From: Vulcanimicrobiota bacterium
Lineage (GTDB): Bacteria > Vulcanimicrobiota > Vulcanimicrobiia > Vulcanimicrobiales > Vulcanimicrobiaceae
Length of the DNA: 64,000 nucleotides
Direction: 5' to 3'
Assembly: GCA_963833095.1 (NCBI GenBank)
Contig: CAWHWQ010000002.1
Location: 224,001-288,000, forward strand
The position numbers were made by a program, and so were the translations under genes. Shown in pieces: positions 57,769-64,000 of this stretch (positions are counted from its first letter, which is position 1; each line of letters starts with the position of its first letter). The notes below the pieces were generated by a model that saw only the letters and a program-made list of their open reading frames with translations, was not told the origin of the DNA and made no database searches.

Positions 57769-58311
57769 TCACTGCTTGTTTTCGAGCGTCTTGAGTGCCG
57801 CGATCGTGTTGGCTACGTGCTCGCTTGGATCCAGCGACGTGTAGCTATACACGATTGTGCCGTTCTGCGCGATCACGTACGACGTCCGATTGGCGTACTG
57901 CGGCTTCACCGCGAGAATCGAATCGTACGCCTTTTCAACTGCCTGATCGGTGTCCGCAGCGACGGCAAACGCGCTCCGGCATTCGCTGACCGAGAACTTC
58001 TGCAACGTGTCGAGCGCATCGTGCGAGACGCCGATCACCGTCGCATTCAAAGCTTTATATTGATCGATCGCGTCGGCAAAGTCGTGCGCTTCGATCGTGC
58101 AGCCCTTGGTGAAGGCCGCGGGATAGAAGTACAACACGACCGGCCCTTTTTTGAGCGCGTCGGCGAGATTAAACGTAAAGACATTGCCCCCGAGCGTCGC
58201 TTGTAGCGTGAAATCGGGCGCCTTGGTGCCGTTGGAAAGCGCGGCAAGCGCGGGAGCGCTCATGCAGACGGCAGCAAGCAAACCCGCGAGGAGGGATCGA
58301 TAAAACATCAT
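57769..58311 (-). CDS. exported peroxiredoxin (BCP/PrxQ)
   Basis: Signal peptide; APDFTL, VVLYFYPAAFTKGCTIEA. Confidence 0.92.
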   Translation of the reverse strand: MMFYRSLLAGLLAAVCMSAPALAALSNGTKAPDFTLQATLGGNVFTFNLADALKKGPVVLYFYPAAFTKGCTIEAHDFADAIDQYKALNATVIGVSHDALDTLQKFSVSECRSAFAVAADTDQAVEKAYDSILAVKPQYANRTSYVIAQNGTIVYSYTSLDPSEHVANTIAALKTLENKQ

Positions 58312-58363
58312 ACACCCATTGCGCCCGACATGGGTTTTTGCAAGTGCGGAGAACCGTCGGGCC

Positions 58364-59113
58364 ATGTCTGAATGGATTCCCTACGAGACCGGCGATGCCC
58401 CTTCGCTCGAGGTTTCGATCGACGTCGACTTCGACGGTGATGATGACTTTAAGAAATCGCACCCGTTCCTGATACGAGTCAGCATCACGCACTTCGCCGT
58501 CGACGACGGTGGACAACCGACCGAGGCTGCCGCCGAAGAGCTCTTCGACCTCGAACAGCGCCTGGAATCCGCCTGCGAAGAAAATGATGCCGAGTCCGTC
58601 TGCACGATCAGCGGCTCGGGCAAATACGAGATCTTTATCTATGCCGCCGGCATGGAAGCGGCCGCTTCCCTGAAGGAGGACGCGGCGACCGCATCATTCT
58701 CTATCGACGTCACCGTCGATCGCGACGACGCATGGAAAGCCTACGACCGCTATATTCTGCGCGGCGAGGAGCTCGAGGACGCGCGCGACGCCGATCAAAT
58801 CGCACAAATGGACGAGGCAGGCGAGGATCTCACGCAAGAATTCGACGTCACGTTCGATTGCGAAGTTTCCGAAAAATCGGAAAGTGCGGCGAAACGCGCC
58901 TTGAATGACGCCGGCTTTGAGACACCGGCTGACGTCTACGACGGCGTCATTCCGGCGACACGCACGATGCTCGTGACCGTTGAGAATCTCAAAACGGCGC
59001 GCACGCAAGTCCTGCGCGCGATTGCGCCGTTTGACGGGACCTACGACGGTTGGGGCATCGACCCCGATGAACCTGAAGACGACGAAGACGACGACGAAGT
59101 CGAAGAAGAGTAA
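58364..59113 (+). CDS. acidic DUF695/RraB-like protein
   Basis: G.PT....L..LE..L, D..W..Y, G.YDGWG; very Asp/Glu-rich. Confidence 0.7.
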   Translation: MSEWIPYETGDAPSLEVSIDVDFDGDDDFKKSHPFLIRVSITHFAVDDGGQPTEAAAEELFDLEQRLESACEENDAESVCTISGSGKYEIFIYAAGMEAAASLKEDAATASFSIDVTVDRDDAWKAYDRYILRGEELEDARDADQIAQMDEAGEDLTQEFDVTFDCEVSEKSESAAKRALNDAGFETPADVYDGVIPATRTMLVTVENLKTARTQVLRAIAPFDGTYDGWGIDPDEPEDDEDDDEVEEE

Positions 59114-59117
59114 CCGT

Positions 59118-59318
59118 TTGTCATCCCGAGCGTAGTGATCCTGAGCGAGCGAAGCGAGTCGAAGGGGAACGTAGTCGAGGGACACACGCGACCCCCCAGC
59201 TCCAAGCATGAACAGCATACAAACGTCCTATCGCGTGCGTGCCCAAGAAGTTTCTCGTCGGTCCCTCGACTTCGCGGCTGAACGCAGAGCGTTCACCCCG
59301 CTACGCTCGGGATGACAA
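59118..59318. repeat. REPIN/MITE-like inverted pair of REP elements (copies 3 and 4)
   Basis: 59118-59183 TTGTCATCCCGAGCGTAG..GTAGTCGAGGGAC and 59259-59318 CGGTCCCTCGAC..CTACGCTCGGGATGACAA in opposite orientation between convergent genes. Confidence 0.85.
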
Positions 59319-59323
59319 GGCGC

Positions 59324-60472
59324 CTACAAACCCATCATGCGGGCAAGCACCATGCGCTGCACTTCGTTGGTGCCTTCGCCGATTTCGTTGATCTTCTGAT
59401 CGCGGTACATGCGCGAGACCGGATACTCGTCCATAAATCCGTAACCGCCGTGGATCTGGAGCGCCTCGTTGACGACACGGTGCGACACCTCGCCGGAATA
59501 GAGCTTCGCTAGACTCGCAGTTTGTTCGAACTCGCGGCCTTCATCTTTTTCCCATGCGGCTTTGAGGACCATGAGCTTGGCGTGCTCGATTTCAGTCAGC
59601 ATGTCGACCAGCTTGAAAGCAATCGCCTGGAACTTGCTGATCGGTTTACCGAAGGCGACGCGATCTTGCGCGTATTGGAGCGCCTCGTCGTATGCACCCA
59701 TGGCTAGACCAACCGAGAGCGCCGCGACCGAGATCCGGCCGCCGTCGAGAATCTTGAGAAACTGGGCGAAGCCTTCGCCTCGCTCGCCCAGCAGGTTGCC
59801 CTCGGGCACCTTGGCGTCCACAAAGCTCAGCTCGCGCGTGTCCGACGCGCGCCAGCCCATCTTCTTATACTTCTTGCTGCGGGTGAAGCCGGGGGTGTCT
59901 TGGGGCATGATGAGGTTCGAGATCTCGGGTTTCCCATCGGGCCGCGTGCCGGTGACCGCGGTGATTGTCGTACCGCCGGTGATCGTAGTTCCCGAATTGG
60001 TGATGAAGGCTTTGGTGCCGTTCACGATCCAGCCGCCATCCCGTAGCGTCGCCTTGGTCTGGACGTTGCCGGCGTCGCTGCCCGCGTTGGGCTCGGTCAG
60101 GCCGAAGCCCCAGAGCATTTTTCCCTGTGCGAGCGGCACGAGGTAGCGCTGCTTCTGCTCTTCGGTCCCAAAAAGGTAGAACGGCGAGGCGCCCAGCGAG
60201 ATGTGCGCGGCCATCGTGATCGCGGTCGATGCGTCGATGCGCGCGATCTCCATCACCGCGAGCGCGTAGCTCACCGTGTCTGCGCCTGCGCCACCGTACG
60301 CTTCGGGAAACGGCAAGCCCATGAACCCGAGTTCGGCCATCTGCGCGACCAGCTCGTACGGGAAGGCTTCGTCCCGATCCATCTCCTCGGCACGCGGTCG
60401 CACCTCGTTTCGCGCAAAATCGCGCGCGAGGCGTTGGATTGCCTTCTGATCGTCGGTCAGGTCGAAATTCAT
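59324..60472 (-). CDS. acyl-CoA dehydrogenase
   Basis: GLTEPNAGSD, NGTKAFITN, GGRISVAA, FGKPISKFQ, QIHGGYG, IGEGTNEVQR. Confidence 0.95.
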   Translation of the reverse strand: MNFDLTDDQKAIQRLARDFARNEVRPRAEEMDRDEAFPYELVAQMAELGFMGLPFPEAYGGAGADTVSYALAVMEIARIDASTAITMAAHISLGASPFYLFGTEEQKQRYLVPLAQGKMLWGFGLTEPNAGSDAGNVQTKATLRDGGWIVNGTKAFITNSGTTITGGTTITAVTGTRPDGKPEISNLIMPQDTPGFTRSKKYKKMGWRASDTRELSFVDAKVPEGNLLGERGEGFAQFLKILDGGRISVAALSVGLAMGAYDEALQYAQDRVAFGKPISKFQAIAFKLVDMLTEIEHAKLMVLKAAWEKDEGREFEQTASLAKLYSGEVSHRVVNEALQIHGGYGFMDEYPVSRMYRDQKINEIGEGTNEVQRMVLARMMGL

Positions 60473-60519
60473 AGCCCGGAGGTATAGCTCGTGCCTTTAA
60501 GAAAAACCCTTTTGCAGCG

Positions 60520-61230
60520 ATGATTTCTCTGCGTAATGTCTCGCTGGTCTATCAGAACGGCGTACGAGCCCTTGATAACGTCACGTTGGAGATCGGCAAG
60601 GGCGACTTCGTGTTCCTCGTTGGACACTCTGGAACGGGCAAGTCCAGCCTTCTGCGTCTCCTCTATCACGAGCAACTTCCCAGCAACGGTGAAATCACCG
60701 TCGACGGCATTCGCGTCGAGCGGCTGCGCCGCAGCCGCGTCCCCGCACTGCGCCGACATCTGGGCGTCGTCTTCCAAGATTTCAAACTGCTCAGCGACAA
60801 AACGGTCTGGGAGAACGTCGCATTTGCAATGCAAGTGACCGGCGCGCACACCAAGGACGTCATGCGCCAAGTTCCTCGCGCACTCGATCTCGTGGGACTC
60901 GCGCACAAGAGCCGTATGTATCCGGGCGAACTCTCCGGCGGCGAACAGCAACGCACGGCCATTGCGCGCGCTCTGGTGAACAATCCGAAGATCTTACTCT
61001 GCGATGAGCCGACCGGCAATCTCGATCCCTCGAACACGACCGAGATCATGGAGCTGTTGCTGCGCATCAATCTCAAGGGCACCACGGTGCTCGTCGCTAC
61101 TCACAACCAAGCCGTCGTCGATCGCATGCGCCGCCGCGTCGTGCGCCTCGAAGACGGCAGGATCGTTACCGACGAAGAACGGGGCTATTACTATCTTGGA
61201 CTCGGGCAAGGTCAAATTCTTTCTGGGTGA
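60520..61230 (+). CDS. ftsE: cell division ATP-binding protein FtsE
   Basis: GHSGTGKS, LGVVFQDFKLL, LSGGEQQR, CDEPTGNLD. Confidence 0.95.
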   Translation: MISLRNVSLVYQNGVRALDNVTLEIGKGDFVFLVGHSGTGKSSLLRLLYHEQLPSNGEITVDGIRVERLRRSRVPALRRHLGVVFQDFKLLSDKTVWENVAFAMQVTGAHTKDVMRQVPRALDLVGLAHKSRMYPGELSGGEQQRTAIARALVNNPKILLCDEPTGNLDPSNTTEIMELLLRINLKGTTVLVATHNQAVVDRMRRRVVRLEDGRIVTDEERGYYYLGLGQGQILSG

Positions 61231-62080
61231 GGTGTTGCGCAATTTCACGCGCAACGCCGGCATGCAAGCGACCGCGATAGGCACGGTCGCCATGACCATC
61301 GTCCTCCTTGGCGCCTTTCTCTTCGTTCATCAGGCACTCGCCGGACTCGGCAACAATCTACTCAATCAGATTGAGATCTCCGTATACTTCAAGAGCGACG
61401 TCTCGAACGCGCAAGAAGACGCGTTGCGAACCGCGCTCACGCACGATCCGCGCATTGCCTCGACGCAATTCGTGCCGAAGAAACAGGGCCTGAGCGAACT
61501 TAGCGCCGAGACACACGGCTCGATCGACGCCTCCTCGTTGTTAACGGAAAACCCGTTGCCCGACAAGCTGCGCGTGTGGGTGCACGATCCGCAAGGCGTC
61601 GCGGCAATGGCGGCCGAGCTGCAAACGCGGCCCGGCGTCGACAAGGTTTTCTATCCGCAAGATGTCGTCGCTCGATTGCTCACGCTTGGAGCCGTGCTTC
61701 GCCGCCTTGGCATCGGCGTGATTGCATTGTTCTTGGTCGTCGCCGGCGTCATTATCTCAAACACCATTCGTTTGACCGTCTTCGCGCGGCGCCGCGAGAT
61801 CTCGATCATGCAGTTGGTAGGCGCAACGAACATGTACATCCGCGCGCCGTTCATCTGCGAGGGTCTGCTCGACGGCGTGCTGGGATCGCTCATCGCCGTG
61901 CTGATCCTCGTCGCCGCGCGTTATGCGCTCTGGCCAAAGCTGCTGCTCGCCCTTCCCTGGATTCAATTGAACGCTACGCCGATCGACGGCCCGGTGCTCG
62001 TTGCGCAGCTCGTCGCCGCCGGAGGAGCGATCGGCATCGTGGCGTCCTGGATTTCCGTCGGCCGCCATCTGCGGACATAA
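61196..62080 (+). CDS. ftsX: cell division permease FtsX
   Basis: TTG start MDSGKVKFF; ENPLP, ISNTIRLTVFARRREI, LVGAT..IRAPF..EG. Confidence 0.93.
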   Translation: MDSGKVKFFLGEVLRNFTRNAGMQATAIGTVAMTIVLLGAFLFVHQALAGLGNNLLNQIEISVYFKSDVSNAQEDALRTALTHDPRIASTQFVPKKQGLSELSAETHGSIDASSLLTENPLPDKLRVWVHDPQGVAAMAAELQTRPGVDKVFYPQDVVARLLTLGAVLRRLGIGVIALFLVVAGVIISNTIRLTVFARRREISIMQLVGATNMYIRAPFICEGLLDGVLGSLIAVLILVAARYALWPKLLLALPWIQLNATPIDGPVLVAQLVAAGGAIGIVASWISVGRHLRT

Positions 62081-62085
62081 CGGCC

Positions 62086-63096
62086 ATGCATCTTCGCGTC
62101 GACGTTGATTTCGATGCGCTCGCTGACTGCATTTCCGACGGCATCGCCTACGTCGGCGCCGAAGGTCTCGTCGCCGCCTGGAGCACCGGTGCCGCCGCTA
62201 TTACCTCCATTCCGCGCACGCACGCGGTCGGGAAATCGCTCGATGAACTCTTTGAGCGCATCGAGCCGCCGCTCGGCCTCGCAGTCGTCCCCGAGCCGAT
62301 CGTGCTCTTTAGCCAGGACGATCGGCGCCGCGGCCTGCACGCAACCGTTCTGAGTGTCGACGAGGGCTGGCTCATTTCGTTCGGCCGCGAAGTGCGTTTT
62401 GCCGCAATCGAGCAGTTGAAGGAAGAGATCGTTGCCGCCGTATCCCACGAGCTCAAGACACCGATCGCGACTATCAAAGCCTTCGCCACCACGATGCGCG
62501 CCAATCCTGAAGCGCTCGCCGGCGATCGCAACGAATTTCTCGCGACGATCGAAGAGCAAGCCGACCGACTGACACGCGCTGTCGACGACCTGCTGTTGGT
62601 GGGCCGCGTGAACGCGCAACACTTGCTCTCAACGCGCGCAAGTTTCTCGCTCGATCGCTTGCTTGACCATGCTGCGCAGCGCCTCGGGCCGACTGCAGCC
62701 GAACGCATCGAGCGACGCACGACAAGCATTACGCTCAGCGGCGATCCGGATTTACTCGGCAATGCATTACTGCATCTGCTCGACAATGCGCTGAAATTTT
62801 CGCCCGATACTGCGCCCGTCGTCATTGAATGCCAGGATGACGGATCCACGGTCGCGGTGCGCGTAAGCGATCGCGGCGTCGGCATCGGCGAAGAGCACCT
62901 TCCCTATATCTTCGAACGTTTCTATCGCGTCGAGCGCAATCTCACCGCCGCAACCGGCGGGAGCGGCCTCGGGCTGACCATCGCGCGCGAGATCGTGCAA
63001 GCCCACGGCGGAACGCTCGCAGTTGAAAGCGTCCCGCACGGCGGAAGCACGTTTATCATCTCGTTGCCCGCGCCAAGCCCGCGAGACCACGCGTGA
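62086..63096 (+). CDS. cytoplasmic PAS-like sensor histidine kinase
   Basis: VSHELKTP, LDNALKFS, DRGVG, FERFYRV, GSGLGL. Confidence 0.92.
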   Translation: MHLRVDVDFDALADCISDGIAYVGAEGLVAAWSTGAAAITSIPRTHAVGKSLDELFERIEPPLGLAVVPEPIVLFSQDDRRRGLHATVLSVDEGWLISFGREVRFAAIEQLKEEIVAAVSHELKTPIATIKAFATTMRANPEALAGDRNEFLATIEEQADRLTRAVDDLLLVGRVNAQHLLSTRASFSLDRLLDHAAQRLGPTAAERIERRTTSITLSGDPDLLGNALLHLLDNALKFSPDTAPVVIECQDDGSTVAVRVSDRGVGIGEEHLPYIFERFYRVERNLTAATGGSGLGLTIAREIVQAHGGTLAVESVPHGGSTFIISLPAPSPRDHA

Positions 63097-64000
63097 AAGA
63101 CCTTGCACAAGGCGCGGGACATCGCGTTTTGGTCGTTGATGACGATCGCAATTTGCGCAAAATTATATCGACCAACCTCGAGCTGGCAGGTTTTGCTGTC
63201 GAAGTGGCCGCTGACGGCCCCGAAGCGCTCTCGCTTATCGAACACGTGCAGCCTGACATTGTCTTGCTCGACTTGATGATGCCCCATATGGACGGATACG
63301 AAGTCGCCCAGCGCATCCGCAACCATCAGAATCCGACGATCGCCAACGTGCCGATTATTATTCTCACTGCCAAAGGCGAAACCGAGGACAAATTGCGTGG
63401 TTTCGAAGCGGGCGCAGACGACTACATCACCAAGCCCTTCGGACCTCAGGAGCTCCTAGCGCGCGTGCGCGCCAAAATCCGCCGCGTAGAAGTCGACTCG
63501 TCGCTCTCTCCGCTTACGCGTCTGCCAGGCAATCTCGCGATCGAGGCCGAGCTTCGCCGGCGCATCGAATCGGGCGAGCCGTTCGCGGTGATCTACCTCG
63601 ATCTCGACAACTTCAAAGCATTCAACGACGTATACGGCTTCACGCACGGCGACGAAGCGATCGTGCTCCTCGCGCGCGTCACGGTCGACGTTGTGCGGCG
63701 TCGCGGAACCCCGACCGATTTTGTCGGCCATATCGGCGGCGACGACTTTATCGCGGTAACGATCACCGAGCGCTCCGAGGAGATTGCCAGAGAGATCATC
63801 GCCGAGTTCGACAGCGACATTCGCAATCTTTATTCGGCCAAGGATCTACGCGCCGGATATATCGAAACGCGTGACCGGCGCGGCGCACTCAACCGTTTTC
63901 CGATAATGACGATTTCCATGGCGATCGTGAGCAACGATCGCAGTCAACTCAACAACTACGCGCAGGTCGGCGAGGCCGCCGCCGAACTCAAGCGCTATGC
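63093..64000 (+). CDS. response regulator with GGDEF domain (runs off window end)
   Basis: Own translation from GTG 63093: RVLVVDDD, LLDLMMP, GADDYITKPF, SPLTRLPGN, DLDNFKAFNDVYG, GHIGGDDF. Confidence 0.92.
   Translation, partial: MKDLAQGAGHRVLVVDDDRNLRKIISTNLELAGFAVEVAADGPEALSLIEHVQPDIVLLDLMMPHMDGYEVAQRIRNHQNPTIANVPIIILTAKGETEDKLRGFEAGADDYITKPFGPQELLARVRAKIRRVEVDSSLSPLTRLPGNLAIEAELRRRIESGEPFAVIYLDLDNFKAFNDVYGFTHGDEAIVLLARVTVDVVRRRGTPTDFVGHIGGDDFIAVTITERSEEIAREIIAEFDSDIRNLYSAKDLRAGYIETRDRRGALNRFPIMTISMAIVSNDRSQLNNYAQVGEAAAELKRY

Noticed and set aside
63093..64000. Hypr GGDEF (3',3'-cGAMP synthase, GacA-like) call for the REC-GGDEF protein
   Set aside because: The specificity position equivalent to PleD D344 is Asp (NDVYGFTHGD), not Ser/Thr, so an ordinary c-di-GMP-type enzyme with a GGDDF variant motif is more likely.
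1..64000. tRNA, rRNA, CRISPR array, integrase or transposase
   Set aside because: None recognised by eye; intergenic spaces are short. A tRNAscan/Infernal run would be needed to exclude small ncRNAs formally.

Overview
GC-rich bacterial chromosomal window, gene-dense, with no rRNA, tRNA, CRISPR array or transposase recognised. The gene style (diderm, many short secreted proteins, Terrabacteria-type LexA box) suggests Ca. Eremiobacterota/Vulcanimicrobiota, which is an inference only. Housekeeping backbone: glgB (partial), coaE, rpsA, mutM, polA, pntAa/Ab/B, yciH, LOG, prolyl oligopeptidase, a lipoyl-lipoyl-PSBD-E2-E1 fused 2-oxoglutarate dehydrogenase, rmuC, acyl-CoA dehydrogenase, ftsEX, and HK plus REC-GGDEF (partial). 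Clusters of frameshifts (polA, FAH, pnt, lrp-kdd-kamA, ECF sigma) look like long-read indel errors. The most interesting accessory elements are: (1) an operon encoding a Cyc2/ExtI-like monoheme cytochrome-porin with a type-1 cupredoxin lipoprotein, SCO and a two-component system, with a shared 16-bp candidate OmpR-type box; (2) a BlaI / BlaR1(M56)-pentapeptide-repeat fusion / secreted pentapeptide protein / DUF5916-like outer-membrane operon with a visible promoter and two operators; (3) a VapBC45-like TA pair with a perfect CGAAC-N4-GTTCG SOS box; (4) a small island of three paralogous Cys-bracketed exported proteins with a duplicated lipoprotein signal; (5) a REP/REPIN-like palindromic family, including in-frame copies inside protein linkers; (6) a repeated ECF-type leaderless promoter motif beside an ECF sigma/anti-sigma pair.
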